From a virus, in the IMG/VR virus record IMGVR_UViG_3300036852_000741, positions 1-64,000 of that record: a stretch of 64,000 nucleotides of DNA; one strand, given 5' to 3'. The notes beneath the pieces are model-generated. The model was not told the DNA's origin. It saw nothing but the letters and a program-made list of their open reading frames with translations, and made no database searches. Each line of letters opens with the position of its first letter. Position 1 is the stretch's first letter. Shown in pieces: positions 17,667-27,263 of the stretch. A program made the translations under genes and the position numbers.

Positions 17667-18233
17667 CTACCAGCCCATCGCCTGACAGATTGCTGCGGCG
17701 ACCGGCCCCGGCATCGTGTAGTAGGGCTGGCCGGTCACCGTGCGGCCCCGGCGGTAGGGGACGGATGTGCGGCGCCGCGCGAAGTAGCGCGAGGACGGGC
17801 CGAGCCCGAGGCGGCTCTCCGAGCCGATCCCCAGGTGTGTCCGTAGCGCCTCGGCCAGAACCTGCTGGTCGGGGTGCTGCGCCAGGTGGCGCAGGAACTC
17901 CTTGTACATGTCGCTGCGCTCGGGCAGGTGGCGCTCGGCGTGTTCCGGGCGCGTCCACTTTGTGGAGATGCCGTGGAGCGCGCGCGACGGCGCTCCCGGC
18001 TCGGAGGCCGCGACGACGCTCTCGGTCTCCTCGTGCTCGGCGTTCGCCAGCGCGACGAAGGGGTTGGACGAGCCGAGGATGATGTCCTCCGCGCGCGGGG
18101 TGGGGGCGCCTGTCCCCGGCTCGGACACGGCGACCTCTCCGTTGGAAAAGTGCACGAGGTCCGCAAGCTCGCGCACGGCGGTCATTACGTCGGCAGGCGC
18201 GTCGCCCTGGACGCTGATGGTGATATTGGGCAT
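17667..18233 (-). CDS. DUF6416-like putative wHTH protein
   Basis: FLRHLAQHPDQ..LG..MPGPVA; paralog of 9657..10094. Confidence 0.5.
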   Translation of the reverse strand: MPNITISVQGDAPADVMTAVRELADLVHFSNGEVAVSEPGTGAPTPRAEDIILGSSNPFVALANAEHEETESVVAASEPGAPSRALHGISTKWTRPEHAERHLPERSDMYKEFLRHLAQHPDQQVLAEALRTHLGIGSESRLGLGPSSRYFARRRTSVPYRRGRTVTGQPYYTMPGPVAAAICQAMGW

Positions 18234-18274
18234 CCTGTTCCCTCTGTTTGTTGGGGATAAACCTTGACCTGGCG

Positions 18275-18304
18275 AGTCTAGGGCGCCAGATGGCGATGTG
18301 TCAA
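18275..18304 (-). promoter_or_regulatory. sigma70-type promoter
   Basis: TTGACA-18 bp-TAGACT. Confidence 0.6.
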
Positions 18305-18423
18305 GAATCCCGCGAGGTGGATGCGCGTTCTAACCTATTCTAATTGTTATCAGGGGTGAGTCAGATGGGTTGTAGCCATAGAAATAAGGACAGTCAGTTA
18401 CGCCGGTTCAATAAACGAGTAGA

Positions 18424-18453
18424 CCAAAGCGCCGGGGGCGGGGCCCCGGCGCC
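18424..18453 (-). terminator. intrinsic terminator
   Basis: GCGCCGGGG..CCCCGGCGC then TTT on the minus strand. Confidence 0.55.
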
Positions 18454-18466
18454 GGCCGTGGTCGGT

Positions 18467-19138
18467 CTAGTTGATCCACTCGTCGGGGCTCGCGCTGATG
18501 CCTGCCTCGCGCATGACCGCTGCTGCCGCACTGGCCGCCGCGTACAGCCGGGTGACCGACTGGCTACCGTGCGCGCTGCTCTCGGTGACCAGCTTCCACG
18601 CGCTGATGCGCAGGCACTTGGCGTAGCTGTCGTAGCTCCCGTACCCCTCGCGGCGCAGGAAGTTCGCCAGGCGCGAGTTGGCGGGGCGGATCAGCAGGTA
18701 GGCCGACCCGCAGATGCCGCCGGGGACCACGTAGACCGGCTCGTTGGGGTCGAACCCCCCGTCGTCCTTGCCCATGAGCGAGGCCATCATGTCCTTGGGC
18801 GTGCCGACGACCATCGGTGTGGGGATGGTCTCGGTGTACGCCTTGGTGGCCGCCTCACACGCACGCGCCAGAAGCGCCTTCATCTCGTGTGTGGCGAGCT
18901 TGATCGACCCGCCGGTGCCGCTGGCCTTTTTGCGACACGACGCGCACAGCGAGTAGTCGCTGCCCAGGTCGCCATCGACCTCCTTGGTCTGGAGCCTGCC
19001 GCGACCGATGGCGCCGCGGAGGTCGCCCTTGACCGCCGCCACGTCGGTGCCGCAGATTGCCTTGGTGCCCTCGCCGTCGATGAGGTGCCAGCGAGGCTGC
19101 TTGTACGCCATCGGATTCTGGCGTCGCATCGCTTTCAT
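18467..19138 (-). CDS. hypothetical protein
   Basis: Repeat promoter and CCCGACCAAGGAG RBS. Confidence 0.65.
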   Translation of the reverse strand: MKAMRRQNPMAYKQPRWHLIDGEGTKAICGTDVAAVKGDLRGAIGRGRLQTKEVDGDLGSDYSLCASCRKKASGTGGSIKLATHEMKALLARACEAATKAYTETIPTPMVVGTPKDMMASLMGKDDGGFDPNEPVYVVPGGICGSAYLLIRPANSRLANFLRREGYGSYDSYAKCLRISAWKLVTESSAHGSQSVTRLYAAASAAAAVMREAGISASPDEWIN

Positions 19139-19183
19139 GCCGTCTCCTTGGTCGGGGATCGCGCTTTCTGCGCACCAACAGAG

Positions 19184-19281
19184 TAGCACACATCATGCGC
19201 GATGTGGGGCCGCAAAAGGCCGATAGAAACGGGTCTCCCGGCCGGGCGCCGAAAATGGGCCTGCTCACGATGTGGTAAGAT
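19184..19281. promoter_or_regulatory. divergent pair of operator/promoter repeats
   Basis: 19184-19202 (minus, TGCTACTCT) and 19262-19281 (plus, TGGTAAGAT). Confidence 0.7.
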
Positions 19282-19314
19282 ATGTCGAAGAACCCGACCA
19301 AGGAGGCAGCACCC

Positions 19315-19500
19315 ATGAGGCTCTCGGGCGTCAAGCCGGGGGACCTGATCGAGGTCAACGATGGGATGCCGTACGTCGCGCGTGTGCTCGACGTGCCGGC
19401 ACGCCAGCGGGTGCGCGTGCAGCCGCTGACCTTCAGGTCCATGCCCCGCGAAGCCAGGGCCCGCGATGTAGTGGCTCACTATCGGAGGGCGAAGGTGTGA
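19315..19500 (+). CDS. hypothetical protein
   Basis: CCCGACCAAGGAGG RBS. Confidence 0.6.
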   Translation: MRLSGVKPGDLIEVNDGMPYVARVLDVPARQRVRVQPLTFRSMPREARARDVVAHYRRAKV

Positions 19501-19760
19501 CCTGGACGCATGTGCTCAACACGACCGTGCGCCGGGCGCGCAAGCGCTGGGAGTGCGCGGGCGATGGCCGGCTCATCAGCGAGCCGGGCCACGCCGCCGG
19601 CTGCGGCCGGGTGATCGAGCCCGGCGAGTTGCACGTCGAGTGTTTCGAGCACGCCGCGGCGTATCAGTCAGGCACGCGCCACAGCCTGGCGTGCGCGATG
19701 GAGTTTCTCGGCGTCGGCTGGATTGACGACGAGGTGGACAACCCCGACCAAGGGAGGTAG
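19497..19760 (+). CDS. small Cys-containing protein
   Basis: RARK.WEC..C...IEPGE. Confidence 0.55.
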   Translation: MTWTHVLNTTVRRARKRWECAGDGRLISEPGHAAGCGRVIEPGELHVECFEHAAAYQSGTRHSLACAMEFLGVGWIDDEVDNPDQGR

Positions 19761-19764
19761 GACG

Positions 19765-20190
19765 ATGGCTCTGCACTGGAGCGTCGAGGACATCGCAGAC
19801 AGCGACCGGGTGTGCTTCGAGGAGCGCGACCCGCTGCCGTCGGAGGGCAAGCCCGGGGAGAAGGTCCGGGCTCTGCGGCCACTGACCGAGGCGCTGATCT
19901 TCGCCACGCTGGGTGTGAAGATCGGCCACATCACCGAGAGCAACGCGAGCGAGTTCTACGCGCGGCTGAAGGTGACGGAGCGGCTCGACGGGCCGCTGCT
20001 CTACAAGACCGATGACGAGGGCAACCAGATCGACGTGGCGGTCACGCCGGAGATGATTCGCGCGCACGTGGGGCTGAGGACGAACGTGCCCACCGAGAAG
20101 CGCGCGGCGTTCCTGGCGGGCATCCGCGCGGACCTGGACCGGCGGATGCGCGAGTATGAGCACGACGCGCAGCAGGCCGCCACGGCGTAG
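19765..20190 (+). CDS. hypothetical protein
   Basis: CCCGACCAAGGGAGG RBS. Confidence 0.65.
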   Translation: MALHWSVEDIADSDRVCFEERDPLPSEGKPGEKVRALRPLTEALIFATLGVKIGHITESNASEFYARLKVTERLDGPLLYKTDDEGNQIDVAVTPEMIRAHVGLRTNVPTEKRAAFLAGIRADLDRRMREYEHDAQQAATA

Positions 20191-20207
20191 GGGTGAGACC
20201 GGCCAGC

Positions 20208-20226
20208 GTGCTCACGTCGTGTGCTA
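20208..20226 (+). promoter_or_regulatory. operator/promoter repeat
   Basis: GTGCTCACGTCGTGTGCTA-TGCT. Confidence 0.7.
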
Positions 20227-20266
20227 TGCTGGCCGGTAACCCGACCAAGGTGAGAGGAGGTAGCTG

Positions 20267-22045
20267 ATGGGCAAGGCGGCGCGACGTAAGCGCGAGCAGC
20301 GACGACGTGGCGAGGCGCGCGCCGAGCGCACGGCCGAGGCGATCGACGCGGTGCAGGGCGGCACCAAGGCCGCCGACTGGCTGCGCGAGCGACGCCAGCC
20401 CGACCTGGGCACCCCGGTGGGGCGCGCGCCCCTGCCCAACGGCAAGGAGACCTTCGCCTACGGCTTCCTGCGCGATCGCCACGGCGACCTACACATGGAG
20501 CGCCTAGCTCTCCCCGCCAAGCTGTTCATGAGCACGCCAACGCTGCTCAACCTCTCACGCCTCGCGCGCGAGCAGCGCTGGTGCTCCAAGGCGTTGGACG
20601 ACGAGACGCTGGCACGGCTTGACCCGGCGGGCGAGCACATGGTCCTGGGGGCGTTCAAGCACACCACCCAGGACTGGAAGCGCGAGAACGTCCGCGCCCA
20701 CATGTACCTCAAGTTGCGCGGGCAGGGGCCCGACGCTCCCCACGAGCGGATAGTGGACCTCCCGTCGCGGCAGTTCGGCGTGTTCCTCGGCGCCCTGCGG
20801 CCGGGCCGTGCCCCGACTGCCGGCGCGATGCTGCTGGGTGGGGCCGAGCACCCGTTGCGCAAGCCTCACTGGGCGGCCGGGCGATCCTTCCCGAAGGCGT
20901 GGGACGAGTGCGAGACGATGTTCACGCTGTTCTCCGCGGCCCAGGTCAGTGGACCCCACCTTGTCGATGACCTGCGCCTACGGGGCGTCGACACCCCGGA
21001 GAAGGTGGCGGCGGGGGCAACCTCTCCGCGGGCGCTGATGGGAGCGGCGGCGCTGAACTCGTTGGCGGTGGCCAAGCTCATCGTGGTCGAGCCGGAGTGG
21101 GTGGCTGGCATTGACGATCGCCGCCCCGACAACTCCGCGATCGCGGGGTTTGCCAAGGACTGCCACCTGCCCTTCGAGACGATCTACCTGGACTTCGAGG
21201 GGCCCGCCGGCAACCTCCCCACCGTGCCCGTGCGGCTGGACTCCACCACCCGGACCCTGAAGCTGGCCGGTGCGTTGGTCTGGCGCGAGGTCGGCGACGA
21301 GGGGGGGCTGGTGGTCGTGCCGTTCGCCGCTCCCTCCAGCGGTGACGAGGGCTGGTCCGAGCCGTCCTCCTACGCACCGATGGGTCGCTACGTGCTTCAC
21401 GGCGCCCAGCCCGCCGTCGATGTCGGCTTCGCTTCCACCCAGATTGACGGCGAGGCTAGCGATGTGCGCATCACGGTGGTTGAGCCCTGGGTGGTTGATG
21501 TGGACGCGGCGCCTGGGCGCATCGAGGTTCCTCTTGACGGGGCCCGGGAACGCGACCTGGCGGTGGCCTGGGCAAGCGCGCTGTATGCCGCGGCGACCCG
21601 TTCGCTGCGGGTGCTGTACATGCTCCAGGGCGCCAACGTGCAACTCGTGGAGGCCAAGCTGCACTCCGAGGGGCGGCGCCGGCTCAAGCGCGCCGAGAAG
21701 CGGGGCTGGCCGATCGAGATTGGCCTGATGGTCGCCGTGCGCACGCCGAAGAAGCTGTACTACCGCCCTCCGGGCTCGGAGGCGATGGAGGGGCAGGGCA
21801 TCGCCTACTCCCACGCCTTCTGGGTCAGTGGGCATCCCGCCTACTATCCGCTGGGCACGCGCATCGCGGACTCGTTGGCGGAGGCCGATCCCTCCAAGCT
21901 GGTGGAGCACCCCGTCAAGGGGCTGTGCCGGATGGTGTGGCGACCTCCGTACGTCAAGGGCTTGTATGACCCGGATACCGGCGTGGAGCGCGATCCGGTC
22001 GAGAAGGTCAGAAAGGTGGTCGGGGACCTCCCCCCCGACTGCTAG
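20267..22045 (+). CDS. hypothetical phage protein, 592 aa
   Basis: Long ORF; C-terminal HAFWVSGH..WRPPYVKG. Confidence 0.7.
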   Translation: MGKAARRKREQRRRGEARAERTAEAIDAVQGGTKAADWLRERRQPDLGTPVGRAPLPNGKETFAYGFLRDRHGDLHMERLALPAKLFMSTPTLLNLSRLAREQRWCSKALDDETLARLDPAGEHMVLGAFKHTTQDWKRENVRAHMYLKLRGQGPDAPHERIVDLPSRQFGVFLGALRPGRAPTAGAMLLGGAEHPLRKPHWAAGRSFPKAWDECETMFTLFSAAQVSGPHLVDDLRLRGVDTPEKVAAGATSPRALMGAAALNSLAVAKLIVVEPEWVAGIDDRRPDNSAIAGFAKDCHLPFETIYLDFEGPAGNLPTVPVRLDSTTRTLKLAGALVWREVGDEGGLVVVPFAAPSSGDEGWSEPSSYAPMGRYVLHGAQPAVDVGFASTQIDGEASDVRITVVEPWVVDVDAAPGRIEVPLDGARERDLAVAWASALYAAATRSLRVLYMLQGANVQLVEAKLHSEGRRRLKRAEKRGWPIEIGLMVAVRTPKKLYYRPPGSEAMEGQGIAYSHAFWVSGHPAYYPLGTRIADSLAEADPSKLVEHPVKGLCRMVWRPPYVKGLYDPDTGVERDPVEKVRKVVGDLPPDC

Positions 22046-22056
22046 AGTGGCCCGAA

Positions 22057-22075
22057 ATGCTCATGATGTGTGCTA
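22057..22075 (+). promoter_or_regulatory. operator/promoter repeat
   Basis: ATGCTCATGATGTGTGCTA-CCAT. Confidence 0.7.
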
Positions 22076-22113
22076 CCATGTCCGGTTAGCCGATTGGGCG
22101 AGGAGGCGTTTGG

Positions 22114-22548
22114 ATGGCGAAGAACGGGCGAGTGTACGACCTAGTAGGGACGAGCGAGGCCGCCGAGGTACTCGGCGTCGAGAAGCCGCGCATCGGCCGC
22201 TACATACGCACGGGCAAGATGCCGACGCCTGTGGCGTTGCTCGGCGCCACGCCGGTGTGGAACCGCGGCGATGTGGAGGCGCTGCGTGATGCGATGGCCG
22301 CCGCTCGGTCGGGGCACCCCGAGATGCGGGTGGCGCCCGCCCGTGCGCTGGACATCGTGGGCACGCGCGAGGCCGCGGAGATGCTTGGAGTCGAGCGCAC
22401 TCGGATCGGGCGCTGGCTGCGACTGGGCCGGATGCCGGAGCCGCTCGCGCGCCTTCATGCGACGCCCATCTGGTTGCGCAAGGACCTGGAGAAGTTCCGC
22501 GATCGCCTGGTGAGGGAGCGCGCCGAGCGCCAGAAGACGGCGGCGTAA
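22114..22548 (+). CDS. tandem MerR/AlpA-like HTH regulator
   Basis: Two repeats of D(L/I)VGT.EAAE.LGVE..RIGR....G.MP.P.A.L.ATP.W. Confidence 0.8.
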   Translation: MAKNGRVYDLVGTSEAAEVLGVEKPRIGRYIRTGKMPTPVALLGATPVWNRGDVEALRDAMAAARSGHPEMRVAPARALDIVGTREAAEMLGVERTRIGRWLRLGRMPEPLARLHATPIWLRKDLEKFRDRLVRERAERQKTAA

Positions 22549-22949
22549 GGGCGTGGCCGACCGCCTGGCGCAGGGCGCGGTGGCGGTCATTCTCGGCTGC
22601 GTGTGGCTTGTCGGCTTCGGGGTCGCCACCCTTTGTGAGGTGCTGAGGGTGTTCGCTGGCAAGAAGCGCATCTGGTGAGTGGTCTGCGGCTGGACTGGCG
22701 GATGGCCGAGTTGGTGCTCTGGCGGCTGGCCAGTAGTGAGCACCCCGCGGCTCGGGAGGCATACCGGGAGGTGGTCATGGCGATGGGCGCCGGGGATGTT
22801 CGTCGGCAGCAGGTCACCGTCCGGGCCGGTCCGCGGGCGCACGGGGCGCTACTGGCTGCCCTGCCCGAGTGGGCCGGCGCTTCGGCCCAGGTCGTAGGAT
22901 GAATACAGCCCAGGCTGGGTAGCCCGGGAACGCCTACGAAGGGAGCGCA

Positions 22950-23201
22950 GTGAGCGCGCAGGACTACGCCGACCTGTCTGACGCCGAGCTTCAGAGCATC
23001 GCCGCCGAGCGGGGGATCGAGGACATCGAGAGCTTCAGCAGGGACGAACTCGTGGAGGAGCTACAGGAGCGTGATGTGGAGAGCGCCGCCGATGCTGCGG
23101 CGTCCACTTCGCAGGACGCGGCTGTTGCCCAAGTGCAGGCCGATGAGGCCCAGCCGGCGCAGCCCGACGAGCCAGGAGGCGCACCTCAGCCTGGCCAGTA
23201 G
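22950..23201 (+). CDS. acidic Rho-N/SAP-like domain protein
   Basis: YADLSDAELQSIAAERGIEDIESFSRDELVEEL. Confidence 0.6.
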   Translation: MSAQDYADLSDAELQSIAAERGIEDIESFSRDELVEELQERDVESAADAAASTSQDAAVAQVQADEAQPAQPDEPGGAPQPGQ

Positions 23202-23324
23202 CGGCGGAGCCTCCCCCCTCCGTTGCTGCGTAGGGCGGGGGGGTGGGCCGTGTGGACCCACCCCCCGCTCCATCCGTCGGGTGCGCTACCGTCGTGCGCT
23301 CCTACCTCGACCAAGGGAGCGGCT

Positions 23325-23816
23325 GTGTCTGAAAACGTGAACTCCGTGGTGCTCTCGGGACGCCTAACGCGCGACCCCGAGCTTCGCACCCTGCCGTCGG
23401 GCAACACGGTGTGCTCGATCCGCATGGCGGTCAACGGTCGGCGCAAGAACTCCTATGGGGAGTTTGAGGATGTCCCCGGCTTCTACGATGTCACGGTCTG
23501 GGGCAACCGCGGGGAGGCGGTCGCGCGCTACCTGGCCAAGGGTCGGCGCATCCTGGTCCGCGGGCGCTTGCAGTGGCGCGAGTGGGAGACCCAGGATGGG
23601 CACAAACGACAGGCCGTGGAGGTCGTGGCCGACCAGATCGAGTTCATCGACTTCGGCGACGACAAGGACGGCGGCGGAGGCGGCGGGTTCCAGCGGCGTG
23701 AGCCCGAGGTGGCCCCAGACCTCCCGACCCCCGGCGCCGAGGACTTCCAGCCGGCGGCGACGCCCCAGTACGGCGTCCCGGGCGCTGGCCACAGCGACGA
23801 CGACATCCCGTTTTGA
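23325..23816 (+). CDS. ssb: single-stranded DNA-binding protein
   Basis: NSVVLSGRLTRDPELR, YLAKG, C-terminal DDDIPF. Confidence 0.95.
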   Translation: MSENVNSVVLSGRLTRDPELRTLPSGNTVCSIRMAVNGRRKNSYGEFEDVPGFYDVTVWGNRGEAVARYLAKGRRILVRGRLQWREWETQDGHKRQAVEVVADQIEFIDFGDDKDGGGGGGFQRREPEVAPDLPTPGAEDFQPAATPQYGVPGAGHSDDDIPF

Positions 23817-23907
23817 TGCTCGTTGACCTGTTGCAGAGCATCTCACTCGCACTCCTCGGCACGGCGTTTCTGGTCCACCTGCTCTGGCACTACCTACGGG
23901 GTCGCTG

Positions 23908-24141
23908 ATGGAGTCGCGTGAGGTGTTCTACGACTGGGAGGCCGAGCTTCCCAGCGGCCTGTGGCAGATCGGAACGCGCACGCTCAAGGTGCGCACCTGG
24001 GTGGTCGTGCGCGGCCAGGAGAACGACGAGGGCAGCTTCGTCGTGCGCCACATCGTGAGCGTCAAGCGCCACGAGGTGGAGCCGGCCGACTGGCAGGCGC
24101 CGAAGCGGCCCGGCGACGAGCGGCGCCAGTCGCGCGTGTGA
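23908..24141 (+). CDS. hypothetical protein
   Basis: Coupled ORF. Confidence 0.5.
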   Translation: MESREVFYDWEAELPSGLWQIGTRTLKVRTWVVVRGQENDEGSFVVRHIVSVKRHEVEPADWQAPKRPGDERRQSRV

Positions 24142-24377
24142 TGGCGGACCCGCGGACACTGAGCGTCCCGGTGGTCGCCGGCAAGGTGGAGGGGCTGAGG
24201 TGGGGGCAGTTGCCGCCGATCGTCCCGGGCGGCGAGCTTCAGCCGTTCGTGGTCCTGGAGTTCACGACGATCGTGGGCGCCAAGCTGCGCATTCAGGTAC
24301 CGGCCGCTGCCTACGAGGACCTGCTCGCCCACCAGCAGCAGACGATCGAGACCCTGCGAGCCGACGCGTTGAAGTGA
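24141..24377 (+). CDS. hypothetical protein
   Basis: Coupled ORF. Confidence 0.5.
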   Translation: MADPRTLSVPVVAGKVEGLRWGQLPPIVPGGELQPFVVLEFTTIVGAKLRIQVPAAAYEDLLAHQQQTIETLRADALK

Positions 24378-24613
24378 TGGCCGACAAGTGCCGGCGCTGT
24401 GCTGCGCCGATCCGGTGGGGCAAGACCGCCAAGGGGCGCCGGATGCCCCTCGATGCCGAGCCGAACCCGGAGGGCAACGTCGTGATGCTGGACGAGTTCG
24501 GCAACGTCCGGGTGCTCAAGAAGGACGAGGAGCCGCCGCGCGGGGTCGCGAGGTGGATGCCGCATTGGGCAAGCTGTCCGCACGCCGAGGCGTTCCGCAA
24601 CGCCCCACACTAG
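24377..24613 (+). CDS. small zinc-binding phage protein
   Basis: CRRC.APIRW..T.KG..MPLD..HWASC. Confidence 0.65.
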   Translation: MADKCRRCAAPIRWGKTAKGRRMPLDAEPNPEGNVVMLDEFGNVRVLKKDEEPPRGVARWMPHWASCPHAEAFRNAPH

Positions 24614-24629
24614 CTCACATCGTGTGCTA
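24611..24629 (+). promoter_or_regulatory. operator/promoter repeat
   Basis: TAGCTCACATCGTGTGCTA-AGCT; TAG is the upstream stop. Confidence 0.8.
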
Positions 24630-24659
24630 AGCTCCATGTGGACCGACCAAGGGGGCCAC

Positions 24660-24890
24660 ATGAGTATCAAGCTCACCGCGAGGGAGCGCCGGGCGATCGC
24701 GAAGGCGACGAGGCGGCACCTCGCTGCTGAGGGCTACGACGGGGGCTACGGCATCGACACCGCCAGGGCCTTCATCGAGACGCAGGTCGATGACCTGGGG
24801 CGCTTCGAGGGCGTGCCGTACACGGACATCAGCGACTACGCGCAGGGGTTGGCGCGCTTTGTCTGCCCGCGCGAGGCCAGGGACTTCTAG
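24660..24890 (+). CDS. hypothetical protein (single-gene cassette)
   Basis: Lies between two repeat copies. Confidence 0.6.
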   Translation: MSIKLTARERRAIAKATRRHLAAEGYDGGYGIDTARAFIETQVDDLGRFEGVPYTDISDYAQGLARFVCPREARDF

Positions 24891-24909
24891 GTGCTCACGA
24901 TGTGTGCTA
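24891..24909 (+). promoter_or_regulatory. operator/promoter repeat
   Basis: GTGCTCACGATGTGTGCTA-CCAT. Confidence 0.8.
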
Positions 24910-24946
24910 CCATTGGGGTGCAGGATTCCCGACCAAGGAGCCACCA

Positions 24947-25243
24947 ATGAGCGTCACCCAGACGATCGCGCAGCAGGCGAAAGCCCAGGGCGTGAAGGCC
25001 AAGAAGCTCGTCAAGATGGACGAGCGGACGCTGCGCTTCCACCAGAAGCGCGGCGGCTTCGTGTTCAACACCGACGTGGCCTACGACCGCGCCCGCGACC
25101 TCTACAACATCACGGTCCACAAGCTGGACATGCGCCTGGAGGTTGGCGGTGAGTTCAACGCCAACTACGGCGACCTGCTGGCGACCAAGACCTACCAGGG
25201 CGCCTTCTGCGACCAGCTTGGCGACTTGATCGGGAGGCTGTGA
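24947..25243 (+). CDS. hypothetical protein
   Basis: CCCGACCAAGGAG RBS. Confidence 0.65.
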   Translation: MSVTQTIAQQAKAQGVKAKKLVKMDERTLRFHQKRGGFVFNTDVAYDRARDLYNITVHKLDMRLEVGGEFNANYGDLLATKTYQGAFCDQLGDLIGRL

Positions 25244-25554
25244 TGCCGTACATCATCTGCGTCAGCCGACCGGGCTGCCTGCCCGAGCAGGAGCCGTTCG
25301 CGGTCGCCGACCTTGGCGAGGCCAAGGACCATGCGGCGAGTATCGCGGTCGAGGCCAACACATCGCTGAGGCACGTCGGCCAGGCCCACACGCTGCCCGA
25401 GGAGGGCGGCAGAATCGGTCCGCTGCCGGACGGCTATGTGATCGAGGTTCGGCGCGTGGACTGGCTCGAACTGGCCGCCAGCATGGCGCAGCGATTCATC
25501 GGCCAGCCGCCGGACGTGATCCTCCACGCCTACAACGAAGGGACGCGGCGCTAA
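25243..25554 (+). CDS. hypothetical protein
   Basis: Coupled ORF, PGCLP motif. Confidence 0.55.
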   Translation: MPYIICVSRPGCLPEQEPFAVADLGEAKDHAASIAVEANTSLRHVGQAHTLPEEGGRIGPLPDGYVIEVRRVDWLELAASMAQRFIGQPPDVILHAYNEGTRR

Positions 25555-25799
25555 TGCGCGAGTACACCTTTGAGGAGATGCGCGCGATCGAGCGCGGCTG
25601 TCAGATCGAGGTGCGCCTCCACGGCCAGCGGGTCATCGCGGGCACCTTCCTGGGCATCGCCCCGGGCAGGGAGAGCGGCACGGTGCGCCAGCGCCAGGCG
25701 GCGCTGGGCGTGCGCTACGGCGCGATCATCGAGCACCTTCGCGAGGACGACGTGTGCGCCATCCGCGCCGACGCGCGCAGGGCCAGGGCCCGTCGCTGA
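25554..25799 (+). CDS. hypothetical protein
   Basis: Coupled ORF. Confidence 0.5.
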   Translation: MREYTFEEMRAIERGCQIEVRLHGQRVIAGTFLGIAPGRESGTVRQRQAALGVRYGAIIEHLREDDVCAIRADARRARARR

Positions 25800-25920
25800 C
25801 CCTGGCCCTCAAGGACATGAGCCCTCTGGACGAATAGAGGACTACGGGCTCGACGCGAGCGTCCTTGGGGGGGGCTGGCGCCGGGTCATGTGATCCGGGA
25901 CCAAGACCAAGGGGGAGGAC

Positions 25921-26424
25921 ATGAAGAAGGTACTTGCGGTGCTGGTTGCTGCGAGCGTTGGTGCGCTCGCGGTGGGCTGCGCCGAGACACAGACGGGCAG
26001 CATCGCGCCCAAGGCGACGCCGAAGGCGCACGTCTCGGAGCGCGGCGGCGCCCGCGACACCTGGCCGAAGACGCCGGCCCCCGAGCCGGCGCCCGTCGCA
26101 GCCAAGCCGGACGGGAAGTTCTCGTCTAGCTGCGACCTGCTGCTCAACATCGACTCGCCGTCGCATCTGGTGGCGCAGACGAAGTTGCGCAACACCGGCA
26201 ACGTCGGGATTGTGGTCAAGGCGACCGCGGTGTTCGAGCAGGTGGGCACCAGCCCGCTGAAGCTGTCGAAGATCGTCAGGGTGACCCGCGGGCACTCGCG
26301 GCGCGTCAACTTCGACACCGAGGTTAGCTCGGAGCAGATCGACCGCTACCAGGCGGCCTACGGCCAGGGCGACGAGTGTCGGGTGCGCGTGAGCATCATC
26401 GACTCCTTCGGCGAGGCCGTCTAG
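25921..26424 (+). CDS. lipoprotein
   Basis: MKK, hydrophobic stretch, then LAVGC lipobox. Confidence 0.7.
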   Translation: MKKVLAVLVAASVGALAVGCAETQTGSIAPKATPKAHVSERGGARDTWPKTPAPEPAPVAAKPDGKFSSSCDLLLNIDSPSHLVAQTKLRNTGNVGIVVKATAVFEQVGTSPLKLSKIVRVTRGHSRRVNFDTEVSSEQIDRYQAAYGQGDECRVRVSIIDSFGEAV

Positions 26425-26469
26425 CCAGCCTGGGGGGAACCATCCGGCGTGGGCGTTAGCCTGCGCCGG

Positions 26470-26841
26470 ATGCTTGTTCCCGACCCGGCGTATCGCTACC
26501 GCGCCACCGCGCGGAGAGTCATCGACGGCGACACGATTTTGGCGGACGTGGACCTGGGCTTCTACATCCAGACGACCATTCGCGTGCGCCTTTTTGGGGT
26601 GGACACCCCGGAGTTGAATCGCGCCGACCAGCGCGACGCGGCACGGGAGGCGCGAGAGTACGTCTTGCGTCTGCTGTTCACCGACGCCGGCCAGCCGGTC
26701 CCCCTGATCCTGGAGTCCTACAAGGACCACCGCAGCTTCGATCGCTGGGTGTGCCGGGTCTGGTTCGCCCGCCTCAATGGGCCCGTGGACCTCGCGGAGG
26801 CGCTCATCGCGGCCGGGTATGGCAAGCGCATCGAGGCATGA
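26470..26841 (+). CDS. thermonuclease (SNase-like)
   Basis: RVIDGDT, RVRLFGVDTPE. Confidence 0.85.
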   Translation: MLVPDPAYRYRATARRVIDGDTILADVDLGFYIQTTIRVRLFGVDTPELNRADQRDAAREAREYVLRLLFTDAGQPVPLILESYKDHRSFDRWVCRVWFARLNGPVDLAEALIAAGYGKRIEA

Positions 26842-26867
26842 CACCTACACCGAGGAGGTAGAAGCAG

Positions 26868-27263
26868 ATGGGCGACGATGTGGATGGCGTGGCGGGCCTG
26901 ATGACCCAGAAGGCCGCCCCCAAGCCCACCGACTATGTGGTGCTCCAGGCCGTGTATGTGGACAGCGAGGGCCTGGTGGTCAGCGAGGACGCGTCCCGGC
27001 TTCCGGTGGATGACTCTGGGCGGATCATGCTCTGGGCGCCTCTGCTCAACGAGACGCCGGCCCAGGGCTCAGACGGGAAGGCGCGGATTGTGGCGGCGCG
27101 CTCGGACAAGGAGGCGTGCCGGATCGCCACTCGCATGAGCGACGATGAGGACCTCCAGCGGCCCGGCGCCTACAAGGCCATCCCGTGGAGGTCGTGGAAG
27201 GGTGGTGTCGTGTACCACAACGATCAGCGTCTGGTGACCACTGCCGCCGATCTGGAGGACTAG
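26868..27263 (+). CDS. hypothetical protein
   Basis: GAGGAGG RBS. Confidence 0.6.
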   Translation: MGDDVDGVAGLMTQKAAPKPTDYVVLQAVYVDSEGLVVSEDASRLPVDDSGRIMLWAPLLNETPAQGSDGKARIVAARSDKEACRIATRMSDDEDLQRPGAYKAIPWRSWKGGVVYHNDQRLVTTAADLED

